DNA from: a virus
IMG/VR virus record: IMGVR_UViG_3300025467_000009
Location: 32,001 to 96,000 of that record
Length of the DNA: 64,000 bases
Direction: 5' to 3' (one strand)
The translations under genes and the position numbers were made by a program. Every line of letters starts with the position of its first letter. Position 1 is the stretch's first letter. The notes below the pieces were generated by a model, which saw only the letters and a program-made list of their open reading frames with translations, searched no databases and was not told where the DNA came from. This document shows positions 51,770 through 59,326 of the stretch, in pieces.

Positions 51770-51972
51770 TGAAGACACTAGTTTCATTTTTTATTAACCT
51801 AATAGGTTTAATTCTACTAATAGCAATTATTGCTGTTGTATGCTTTGCACCATTGTTAGCTAGTTATTTTTGGAACTTTAAAGTAGGGGTTGAATCCTTC
51901 TTTGGAGTTTACGGAATAACAATTCTTTCAATTATTATCAACAAACTATCTAAGGCAAAGGAAGACAACTAA
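51769..51972 (+). CDS. small membrane protein (two TM segments)
   Basis: Two hydrophobic stretches; TAATG overlaps at both ends. Confidence 0.55.
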   Translation: MKTLVSFFINLIGLILLIAIIAVVCFAPLLASYFWNFKVGVESFFGVYGITILSIIINKLSKAKEDN

Positions 51973-53264
51973 TGGCAAAAACAAAAGTATTGGCGTACGG
52001 TGATTACTGCTGTGCTACTGGGTTCGCTACCGTAATGGGTAACATTATGAGAGAACTAGAAGCAACAGGAAAGTATGACATTGATGTTGTTGCTATTAAC
52101 TATGACGGAGGACCTTTTGACCAAACCCAATGGCCCGGACAAGTATGGCCTGCTATCAGTGCACTAAGACAGCAAGGTCCTTACGCTGACCTTCATGGAA
52201 GACAAGTTTTTCTTGACCGACTCCAGCAAGGTGACTATGACGTAGTATTCATTGTTCAGGACACCTTTATTATGTTGCCAATTACACCTCAGATTCTTGA
52301 AGTGCAACGTAACAAGCCAAAGAGTTTTAGTACAGTTTACTATTACCCGTTTGATTGTGGTCCAAAAGAAGAGTGGGTTACACAATGTGTTAACTCATTT
52401 GACTTCCCAGTTGCCTATACACAATATGCAAAGAATGAAAGTATTAAGTGGAGTGGAACAGCGGCTGAAAAGCATGACGTTATCTATCACGGTACAAACA
52501 CAACTAACTTTTTCCCACTTCCTGAACAGGATAAGAAGCAAATTCGTTCTGCTTTCTTTGGTGACAATAAGGACCGTTTTATTATTATGAACCTTAATCG
52601 TAATCAAGGTCGTAAAGATGTTAGTCGTTCCTTCATGATTTTAAAAGAACTTAGAGACCGTGGATACAAGGAACCATTCTTGTACATGCACATGCAAGAA
52701 ACAGACTTTGGTGGAAGTATTATTGAGCAATCTAAGAACTTTGGCCTTGAACTTCAAAAAGATTGGATTCTTCCTAACCCAGGGCAATTCTCTGCACATG
52801 CAGGATTCCCAATTGAAGTTGTTAACCAACTTTACAACTCTGCAGATTGCTACCTAACTACCTGTATGGGTGAAGGTTGGGGGTTGAGTATTACAGAAGC
52901 AATGGCAACTAAGACACCAATTGTTGTTCCAAACAATACTAGCATTCCAGAAATTACCGACAATGGTAAGCGTGGTTGGGTTGCAGGTTCTGGTGATAGT
53001 CCTTCACATTGGATTATTAAGGAAAATGACAACGACCGTATTCGTCCACTTATGAATGTAGAAGATGCTGCTGATGCAATTATCGAAATTATGGAAAATA
53101 AGAACGGAATTGTAGAAAAGAAGGTTGAAGCAGCTTATGAGTTTGCCCAGGAACTAACTTGGAAGCATGTTATGAAAGACTGGACAAATGTCTTTAACAA
53201 GGCAGTTAACAAGTCTAAGAGTGCTAACCTTCTTAAGGGTGGAACAGTAGAATGGAAGAAGTAA
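51972..53264 (+). CDS. glycosyltransferase, GT4/GT-B type
   Basis: TGFATV, IYHG, NRNQGRKD, YNSAD..EGWGLSITEAMA. Confidence 0.85.
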   Translation: MAKTKVLAYGDYCCATGFATVMGNIMRELEATGKYDIDVVAINYDGGPFDQTQWPGQVWPAISALRQQGPYADLHGRQVFLDRLQQGDYDVVFIVQDTFIMLPITPQILEVQRNKPKSFSTVYYYPFDCGPKEEWVTQCVNSFDFPVAYTQYAKNESIKWSGTAAEKHDVIYHGTNTTNFFPLPEQDKKQIRSAFFGDNKDRFIIMNLNRNQGRKDVSRSFMILKELRDRGYKEPFLYMHMQETDFGGSIIEQSKNFGLELQKDWILPNPGQFSAHAGFPIEVVNQLYNSADCYLTTCMGEGWGLSITEAMATKTPIVVPNNTSIPEITDNGKRGWVAGSGDSPSHWIIKENDNDRIRPLMNVEDAADAIIEIMENKNGIVEKKVEAAYEFAQELTWKHVMKDWTNVFNKAVNKSKSANLLKGGTVEWKK

Positions 53265-54022
53265 AAAGACAAGTAGTTGACATTGTTCTTTTTAATAACG
53301 AATTAGAACTATTAGACCTTAGAGTAAAAATCCTAGAAGATGTGGTTGACTTCTTTATTATTAAAGAAGCAACTCACACCTTTCAAGGTGACCCTAAAGA
53401 ATTACTTTCTAAAACTTATGACCATCCAAAGGTATTCACTTATGTAGTTGAGTTCTCATCTGGAATGAACACCTGGGAAAGAGACAGGTTCCAAAGAGGA
53501 ACTCAAATTGACCTTAGGGCATATGGTATTAACGAAGATTCTATTGTTATGACTAGTGACCTAGATGAAATACCAGACCCACAAGCAATTGAATGGGTAA
53601 GGGACAATTTTAATCCAGCCGCTATGTATGCACTAGAACAAAAGATGCACCAATACTATCTCAATGTTAGAAACATGAGTGAACCCTGGGCAGGAACTAG
53701 AATTTGTAGTATGGAAAAGTATCGTTTGATGGATGCTGAAACCATGAGGCATTCCCAACACCTTTGCATGACACTACCTGATGCTGGTTGGCATTGGAGT
53801 TTTCTTGGTGGTGAAAAGCAAATTGAAAAAAAGATTAGAAGTTATGCCCATGAGGAGTATGACAATGAAGAAACTATTCAGCAAATTGCAAAACGTATGG
53901 TCAACAATGAAGATGTTTTTGGACGTGGTTTTACACTCAAAACAGTAGAATTGGATAACTCTTACCCTAAGTATATTCTTGATAATCAAGATAAACTATC
54001 CCATTTAATTAGAAAAGATTAA
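53252..54022 (+). CDS. glycosyltransferase, GT17-like (beta-1,4-GlcNAc transferase)
   Basis: FNNELELLDLR..VDFFII.EA..TFQG.PK, ERDRFQR, SDLDEIP, GWHWSFLG..KIRSYAH. Confidence 0.8.
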   Translation: MEEVKRQVVDIVLFNNELELLDLRVKILEDVVDFFIIKEATHTFQGDPKELLSKTYDHPKVFTYVVEFSSGMNTWERDRFQRGTQIDLRAYGINEDSIVMTSDLDEIPDPQAIEWVRDNFNPAAMYALEQKMHQYYLNVRNMSEPWAGTRICSMEKYRLMDAETMRHSQHLCMTLPDAGWHWSFLGGEKQIEKKIRSYAHEEYDNEETIQQIAKRMVNNEDVFGRGFTLKTVELDNSYPKYILDNQDKLSHLIRKD

Positions 54023-54023
54023 T

Positions 54024-54263
54024 ATGAATAAAGAACTTAGATGGGCTGCCAGTTTTCTACTTGAAAGATCTAACATTCCTGCTGGTCCTAACTATTTGGC
54101 TGCTTTTGAAAATCCAGCTGATAATCAACAATGGATTTACGCATTAATTAGAAAGGCAGCACCTCAAATTGGTGCTATGAATAGTTCTTATTATGATAGG
54201 GCAATTCAAATACTTAGGGCAAATGGAATTTCTACAGATCCATATGGCCCTGGTAGTGGTTGA
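54024..54263 (+). CDS. hypothetical protein
   Basis: 79-aa ORF directly after GT17-like gene. Confidence 0.55.
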   Translation: MNKELRWAASFLLERSNIPAGPNYLAAFENPADNQQWIYALIRKAAPQIGAMNSSYYDRAIQILRANGISTDPYGPGSG

Positions 54264-54288
54264 TTCTAAATACTGATTTAACTATACT
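54260..54288 (+). promoter_or_regulatory. sigma-70-type promoter of the tRNA cluster
   Basis: TTGATT-N17-TATACT ending 10 nt before tRNA-Arg. Confidence 0.7.
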
Positions 54289-54298
54289 GAATAAAACA

Positions 54299-54372
54299 GC
54301 CCTTGTAGCTCAACTGGACAGAGCATCGGAGTTCTAACCCGCAGGTTGTAGGTTCAAGTCCTACCGGGGGCG
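54299..54372 (+). tRNA. trnR: tRNA-Arg(TCT) with atypical anticodon arm
   Basis: GCCCTTG/CGGGGGC acceptor, GCTC/GAGC D stem with A20, TCT at 54333-54335, GTAGG-TTCAAGT-CCTAC T arm; no encoded CCA. Confidence 0.8.
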
Positions 54373-54374
54373 CT

Positions 54375-54429
54375 GGTCAATAGTATCTGCTTAGTTTTCA
54401 CCTCCTTTATACTAGGAGTGCTATTGACC
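54375..54429 (+). ncRNA. inter-tRNA hairpin containing the 16S anti-Shine-Dalgarno sequence
   Basis: GGTCAATAG/CTATTGACC 9-bp stem enclosing TCACCTCCTTT (54398-54408). Confidence 0.5.
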
Positions 54430-54433
54430 TACT

Positions 54434-54524
54434 GGAAGAATGGCCGAGTGGTTTAAGGCAGTTGTCTACTAAACAACCGTGGGTTTATAGCCCACCGAGG
54501 GTTCGAATCCCTCTTCTTCCTCCA
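54434..54524 (+). tRNA. trnS: tRNA-Ser(ACT)
   Basis: GGAAGAA/TTCTTCC acceptor, perfect GTTGT/ACAAC stem with loop CT-ACT-AA, long variable arm GTGGG/CCCAC, GAGGG-TTCGAAT-CCCTC, encoded CCA. Confidence 0.85.
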
Positions 54525-54526
54525 CC

Positions 54527-54607
54527 GGATGGGTAGCGAAGTGGCCAAACGCGGCTGGCTGTAAACCAGTTCTTTATTGTTCGGGGGTTCGAATCCCTCT
54601 CCATCCA
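54527..54607 (+). tRNA. trnY: tRNA-Tyr(GTA)
   Basis: GGATGGG/TCCATCC acceptor, GCTGG-CTGTAAA-CCAGT anticodon arm, extended variable region, TTCGAAT T loop, A73. Confidence 0.85.
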
Positions 54608-54608
54608 C

Positions 54609-54637
54609 TTGAAATAAAATGAAATAGTATCTATAAT
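54609..54637 (+). promoter_or_regulatory. sigma-70-type promoter
   Basis: TTGAAA-N17-TATAAT followed by AAGGAGG RBS. Confidence 0.7.
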
Positions 54638-54655
54638 TATAGTAAGGAGGATAAG

Positions 54656-54958
54656 ATGTTAAAATTATCAGTAAACATTGGTGCTTCACTTCAAGTAAAG
54701 AATGCCAAGGGTGAATGGGATTGGATTAAACCAGAAGTAGGTGCTGAACTTACTTTTGAAGCAATGAATGAAAATACTCAACATTACTTTAATGAACTCT
54801 GGGACAATGTTGTTGGTCCACAGTTTAAAAGTGTTGTTGATAGTCTTCTAACAGAACAATCAGAACCAGCAATTGAAGATGTTGAAGAAACTGAAACTGT
54901 TGAAGGAGAAGAAGAAGTAACAGAAGAAGTTGTTACAGATGAGGATGAGTATTACTAA
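54656..54958 (+). CDS. hypothetical protein with very acidic C-terminus
   Basis: Strong RBS; tail EEEVTEEVVTDEDEYY. Confidence 0.7.
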   Translation: MLKLSVNIGASLQVKNAKGEWDWIKPEVGAELTFEAMNENTQHYFNELWDNVVGPQFKSVVDSLLTEQSEPAIEDVEETETVEGEEEVTEEVVTDEDEYY

Positions 54959-55056
54959 TGGGATTATTCATTAATATCTTAGTACATGGACTTTTTCTTG
55001 GTGCATTAGCATTTTTTCTTTTTGTATTGGTTGGTATTGGTGGTGGGTGGAACTAA
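54958..55056 (+). CDS. small membrane peptide (32 aa)
   Basis: MGLFINILVHGLFLGALAFFLFVLVGIGGGWN; TAATG overlaps at both ends. Confidence 0.5.
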   Translation: MGLFINILVHGLFLGALAFFLFVLVGIGGGWN

Positions 55057-55130
55057 TGTTAGAAAATATAATCTTTTGTGCTATTCTTGCAGGAGTAGCT
55101 TTTTGGTCTCTTTGGAGTGGTAGACTATGA
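55056..55130 (+). CDS. small membrane peptide (24 aa)
   Basis: MLENIIFCAILAGVAFWSLWSGRL; TAATG and ATGA overlaps. Confidence 0.45.
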   Translation: MLENIIFCAILAGVAFWSLWSGRL

Positions 55131-55276
55131 CAGAATGTAAACACTGTGGACAAGAAATTGTTAAATATAGTTCTAGTGCAACAGATTGGGACCGTATTGG
55201 AGATGATGACCAGTGGGTTCACACAAGTCCTCATGGTCCTCACAAAGCAGAACCAGATTGGCAAACTAAGTCATGA
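55127..55276 (+). CDS. small CxxC/His protein (49 aa)
   Basis: MTECKHCGQEI..WVH..H..H; ATGA overlaps at both ends. Confidence 0.5.
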   Translation: MTECKHCGQEIVKYSSSATDWDRIGDDDQWVHTSPHGPHKAEPDWQTKS

Positions 55277-55845
55277 CTGTATTAGCAGCCGCCATAACTA
55301 GACTAGACGGTGTAGTAATTTCTGCCGACTCACAAATCTCTTGGGACTATAACAAAAGCGATGAAGGTCCCGGTAAATTATGGGTTGAAAAAGACCGTAA
55401 GTATGTTTTTGGTGGTTGTGGTAGTATTCGTGCTATGCAAGTAATCCAACATTGGACCGATTGGCCTGAATTTCGTGATTATCACAGAGATGATATAGAA
55501 AAATTTGTTATTAAAGAGATAATCCCAGCATTAAGAGAAGCATTAGATTCCCATGGTGCACTAGAAAGTTCTAGAAAAGTTGAATCTTTTGGTGCAGGTA
55601 TTATTATGGCTTGGGAAGATAACTTAGTTGCAATTGATGAAGATTTTTCTATAACAATACCAGTTAGTGGAAGATGGGCAATGGGTTCAGGCGGTGGAGA
55701 AGCATTTGGTAGTTTGGGTGATGAAGGCCCATGGACAAAGAATGATGTTATCAAGGCAGCTAAAAATGCTACCAAAACAGCAATGGGTGTAGGTGGTGAC
55801 ATTTACTATGTTACTAGTAAAAGCCTAGAAGTAAAAAAGGGTTGA
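55273..55845 (+). CDS. HslV/proteasome-beta-like Ntn peptidase
   Basis: Thr at position 2, ISADSQ, conserved Lys, GGCGS, AMGSG. Confidence 0.75.
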   Translation: MTVLAAAITRLDGVVISADSQISWDYNKSDEGPGKLWVEKDRKYVFGGCGSIRAMQVIQHWTDWPEFRDYHRDDIEKFVIKEIIPALREALDSHGALESSRKVESFGAGIIMAWEDNLVAIDEDFSITIPVSGRWAMGSGGGEAFGSLGDEGPWTKNDVIKAAKNATKTAMGVGGDIYYVTSKSLEVKKG

Positions 55846-55870
55846 TTTCTTTTTCGACCTTTACTATATT
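55842..55870 (+). promoter_or_regulatory. sigma-70-type promoter
   Basis: TTGATT-N17-TATATT. Confidence 0.55.
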
Positions 55871-55900
55871 TATAAGTAGTTAGTATTTAAAGGAGATAGT

Positions 55901-56581
55901 ATGGAAAAAAGTTTGGCAGAACGCCTAAGTAGGAAAAATTTAGTTGAGGTAAGTGAACCTCAATTTACAGAAGAGGTTGCAAAGACAAAAAGTCGTGCTG
56001 AAGTTCAACGTGAAAATTCAGTTGCGGTAAGTTCAGATGCACTTGATTCATTTAATAGTTGTCTAGATGTATTAGGTACAACTGATTTGTCAGATGTGCA
56101 TGTACTTTCAGTTGAAGAGATTAACAGTCTTACAAATGAACTACTTGCAGTTCGTGCAGTAAAGGATATTACTGAAGGTCGTGAAACTGCACTTAAAAGT
56201 TATGTAACTAGTACAATTAATCTACAGTTAGAATTTGAAGGCAAGGATTCAAACGCAGAAAGCGGTTACCTTGTCTCACCAGAGTTTAATGTTAAACTTT
56301 CTAAAGAAGTATCTGGTGGTAAGTTGAATGTTGACATTGACCTACTCAAAGAGAACCTAGATGAGGACCAGTTCAAGAGTATTACTAACTACATTGAAAC
56401 TGTAAAGTACACAATTTATCCAGGTGGTAAAAGGGCAGAAGAAACCAATGCATATTGGGAACTAAACGAAGAGGCATTGGAAAAAGAACTTAAGGTTGGT
56501 AACATAGGCATGGAACAAATACTAATGTCAACACTACCAGGAAAGAGTCGTACAGCACTCTATGTCCGACCAATCAAGTAG
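55901..56581 (+). CDS. hypothetical protein
   Basis: 226 aa, AAGGAG RBS. Confidence 0.7.
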   Translation: MEKSLAERLSRKNLVEVSEPQFTEEVAKTKSRAEVQRENSVAVSSDALDSFNSCLDVLGTTDLSDVHVLSVEEINSLTNELLAVRAVKDITEGRETALKSYVTSTINLQLEFEGKDSNAESGYLVSPEFNVKLSKEVSGGKLNVDIDLLKENLDEDQFKSITNYIETVKYTIYPGGKRAEETNAYWELNEEALEKELKVGNIGMEQILMSTLPGKSRTALYVRPIK

Positions 56582-56942
56582 CGGTTATACTAGACACATT
56601 AGAAGAGATGATGACCCTGTCTTTACTGCAGGTATGGCAGCCGCTTTCTTTGACCTAACTACACAATCTTTCTTGATGAAGGAAAGGCTTGGATATTGGC
56701 AAAATGCTGATGGTACACCAATTGTAATAACAAGGACCAAAGGTGGGGACAGAAGATTTAGTTTAGATGATTTGCAAAAGATTGCCCACTCATTAAGAAG
56801 ACAGAATAAAATGACTTCAAGGCAAATGAAGTTAATTATTCTTAGGATTGATGCATTTAAAGAACCTATTAAGAAACACAGAAGTAGATATAGAAAAGGT
56901 ACAATAGGTGGTATTAAACAACCACCTCCAACCATTCTATAA
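56562..56942 (+). CDS. MerR-like HTH DNA-binding protein
   Basis: FTAGMAAAFF..ERLG..RTKGGDRRFSLDDL. Confidence 0.65.
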   Translation: MSDQSSSGYTRHIRRDDDPVFTAGMAAAFFDLTTQSFLMKERLGYWQNADGTPIVITRTKGGDRRFSLDDLQKIAHSLRRQNKMTSRQMKLIILRIDAFKEPIKKHRSRYRKGTIGGIKQPPPTIL

Positions 56943-56959
56943 TATCTAAAAAGGAAAAC

Positions 56960-57565
56960 ATGAAAATTACATTCACTGGTAGTCATGGTACAGGTAAGAC
57001 AACTGCTGCCAAGATTTTAAGAAAAGTTATAAATGAAACTTATCCAGGACTAGCAATTGCACCACTAGGAAGTGTAACTAGAAGTGTTTTAGGTTGGGGT
57101 CAAGGGGATGGTAAGTTATCACTTTCTCCAGAAAGTAATTCATTCCAAGTTGCTTGTATTTATGAACGCCGCCGTCAGATGCTTGCTAAGGGTTCATTAA
57201 AAGCAGACATTGTAATCAGTGAACGTTGGGCAATGGATGAAACTGCTTATCAACTTTATAAAGCTAGAAAAGATATGATGGACCGTGATAGTGCCCACAC
57301 TCTAAGAGTATGTCAAATGGAAATGGATTGGGAACTAAACAACTATTGGGACAAGGTTTATTACATACCAGTTGACCACCGACCAGTTGAAGAAGACGGC
57401 ACTAGACCTGGTGATAAGAAGTATCAAATTGAAGTTGGTAACATGATAGAAGTAGTCATGTCTCCTTATAACAAGAATCGTAAGATTAAAAAAATGCCTA
57501 CTCAACTTGAACTTTGGGAAGACTATTTTAAGAAGGAAGCCGAGAGTTGGAACCTAAAGAAGTAG
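56960..57565 (+). CDS. P-loop nucleotide kinase-like ATPase (AAA_28/dNMP kinase-like)
   Basis: KITFTGSHGTGKTT, ISERWAMD, EEDGTR. Confidence 0.7.
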   Translation: MKITFTGSHGTGKTTAAKILRKVINETYPGLAIAPLGSVTRSVLGWGQGDGKLSLSPESNSFQVACIYERRRQMLAKGSLKADIVISERWAMDETAYQLYKARKDMMDRDSAHTLRVCQMEMDWELNNYWDKVYYIPVDHRPVEEDGTRPGDKKYQIEVGNMIEVVMSPYNKNRKIKKMPTQLELWEDYFKKEAESWNLKK

Positions 57566-57930
57566 ACAACCAAGAAGTATTAAGAGCACAGTTTGTTATT
57601 GCTAAGGCATTTAGAGACAATCTTAATGTAGTTGAGACACTCACATCCCATATGGTTGGTAAGTCATTGATTGAAGAATTAACCGGTGAAGTCCCAAACT
57701 GGGCTAAGAAAGAAAAGCAAGATAAAACTAAAGAACTTAAAGAATGGGTTCAAAACAACCTTTCTAAGCAATTAAGTACAAAAGAAATTGCTTCAAGTCT
57801 AGATTGTAGTTATGAGACTGCAATCAAAACTATTAAGGAGAACCCTTTTTATTTTGTTGGTATTCGTAGGGGTTACTATGAAGTTAGAGACGGTGAAACC
57901 GAAAGAGAACAAGCTAAGAAGGGTAAGTAA
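57547..57930 (+). CDS. hypothetical protein with C-terminal winged-HTH-like segment
   Basis: STKEIASSLDCSYETAIKTIK..RRGYYEV; TTG start uncertain. Confidence 0.5.
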   Translation: MEPKEVDNQEVLRAQFVIAKAFRDNLNVVETLTSHMVGKSLIEELTGEVPNWAKKEKQDKTKELKEWVQNNLSKQLSTKEIASSLDCSYETAIKTIKENPFYFVGIRRGYYEVRDGETEREQAKKGK

Positions 57931-58028
57931 TGTCTGATAGGCCTAGTGAAGAACTTCTTGAAAGTGCAAAAGAGATGACATATAATCTTGAAGAATGGGA
58001 AAAGAAATTCCCTGAGGAGGAACAGTAA
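57930..58028 (+). CDS. small acidic peptide (32 aa)
   Basis: TAATG overlap; abuts the next GTG. Confidence 0.4.
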   Translation: MSDRPSEELLESAKEMTYNLEEWEKKFPEEEQ

Positions 58029-58448
58029 GTGCAAACATTTTTACCATACGCAGATTTTGAAAAGTCAGCAAAATCATTGGACCGTCAACGACTTGGTAAA
58101 CAACGTGTAGAGACAATGCAAATTATGAACGCAATTCTTAATCCGAATTACGGTTGGCAAAGTCATCCAGCAGTAAACATGTGGAGAGGTCATGAAACTA
58201 CATTACTAGAATACCAAAAAGCAATTTGCAATGAGTGGGTTAGTCGTGGCTACAAAGATACATGCTTGCAAAAGACTATTGATTTGGTTGATTCTGTTAA
58301 GACAAACACAACTAGGCCTGGTTGGATTGGTGACTATAAATTTCACCTTTCTCACCAAAGTAACCTACTTCGTAAATTACCAGACCACTATTCACAACAC
58401 TTTATAGGAGTCCCAGATGACTTGCCTTACTTTTGGCCAGGAGAATAA
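58029..58448 (+). CDS. MSMEG_6728-family / pyrimidine-dimer DNA glycosylase-like protein
   Basis: MQTFLPY.DF..SA..LD..RLGKQRVE, HPAVNMWRG, SHQSNLLRK.P..Y, LPYFWP. Confidence 0.75.
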   Translation: MQTFLPYADFEKSAKSLDRQRLGKQRVETMQIMNAILNPNYGWQSHPAVNMWRGHETTLLEYQKAICNEWVSRGYKDTCLQKTIDLVDSVKTNTTRPGWIGDYKFHLSHQSNLLRKLPDHYSQHFIGVPDDLPYFWPGE

Positions 58449-58618
58449 TGATAAAAGAGTTTTTTAAAAAAGGCAAAGAATGGCGTTGTGAGGGTTGGGT
58501 ATCACTTTCACTAAAAGATTTTGGTTTAGGTTTAATTACCTACAATAATAAAAAATGCCATAATTTTCAGATTACTATTTTATTCTTTGATTTCTATATA
58601 AGTTGTTACAAACTATGA
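58448..58618 (+). CDS. hypothetical protein
   Basis: Overlapping starts and stops at both ends. Confidence 0.45.
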   Translation: MIKEFFKKGKEWRCEGWVSLSLKDFGLGLITYNNKKCHNFQITILFFDFYISCYKL

Positions 58619-58794
58619 ATAAAAAAGAATTAGATGAAATAAGGTTGAGGCACCATGAAACACGCCTCTGGTGGAGACAAGATGACAATGGAACAATTAT
58701 AGATGAGTTAAGAGGTTGTTCTGATTGTGGTCAAGAAGTACCTTGCGATGCAATTAAATTATTAGATGAATTGAATAAGTATGAAACCCAATGA
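58615..58794 (+). CDS. small H..CxxC..PCD protein, paralog 1
   Basis: IRLRH..CSDCGQEVPCDAIKLLD. Confidence 0.55.
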   Translation: MNKKELDEIRLRHHETRLWWRQDDNGTIIDELRGCSDCGQEVPCDAIKLLDELNKYETQ

Positions 58795-58936
58795 ACTTCA
58801 AAAAATAAGAGAAAAGCATCAAAAGCAATTTGGTAAGTGGCGTTGCCAACACTGCTATGAAAACTATCCTTGTGATGTAGCAAAGTTGCTAGATTACTCT
58901 GAGTCTTTAGAAAAAGTAACCAATGAAGTTATCTGA
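58781..58936 (+). CDS. small H..CxxC..PCD protein, paralog 2 (absent from ORF track)
   Basis: IREKH..CQHCYENYPCDVAKLLD, translated by hand. Confidence 0.55.
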   Translation: MKPNELQKIREKHQKQFGKWRCQHCYENYPCDVAKLLDYSESLEKVTNEVI

Positions 58937-59126
58937 ACGTCAAGCATTAAGAAGAAAACACCATTCAAGGATAACAGACAGGGTTCCTTTTTGCTATCAC
59001 TGTAAACTAATTTGGCCTTGTGATGTTATTAGGGTATTGGATGCTTGGGATAGCCAATACAGTAAAGTAGAAGAAATAGTTTCTGAGTATAAAAATCAAC
59101 TTAGTGGACCAGAATGGGATGATTAA
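58923..59126 (+). CDS. small H..CxxC..PCD protein, paralog 3
   Basis: LRRKH..CYHCKLIWPCDVIRVLD. Confidence 0.55.
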   Translation: MKLSERQALRRKHHSRITDRVPFCYHCKLIWPCDVIRVLDAWDSQYSKVEEIVSEYKNQLSGPEWDD

Positions 59127-59127
59127 A

Positions 59128-59265
59128 ATGGAAGAATGCCTTCACATTGAGAAAAAAATAAATGAGTTAGGAGAAGAAGTAGAAAGACCTTACCACAGTA
59201 TTTTTTGCCCAGATTGTGGAAAACGTTTGGTACGTGATTACAAAGCAAGGCCATTTAAGTTTTAG
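59128..59265 (+). CDS. small zinc-ribbon-like protein (45 aa)
   Basis: ECLH..FCPDCGKRL, translated by hand. Confidence 0.45.
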   Translation: MEECLHIEKKINELGEEVERPYHSIFCPDCGKRLVRDYKARPFKF

Positions 59266-59270
59266 TAAAG

Positions 59271-59299
59271 TTGATTTTGTAGTAACAAGAAATTATAAT
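59271..59299 (+). promoter_or_regulatory. sigma-70-type promoter of the TGT-like/LuxE/LuxC operon
   Basis: TTGATT-N17-TATAAT followed by AGGAG RBS. Confidence 0.7.
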
Positions 59300-59326
59300 T
59301 TAACTATTAGTAGTTAGTAGGAGACA

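Noticed and set aside
54299-54372. Amber suppressor tRNA (CTA read from TTCTAAC)
   Set aside because: Arm spacing puts TCT at 34-36 and A20 indicates Arg; the CTA register destroys the stem
54453-54689. 78-aa minus-strand ORF
   Set aside because: Antisense to tRNA-Ser and tRNA-Tyr
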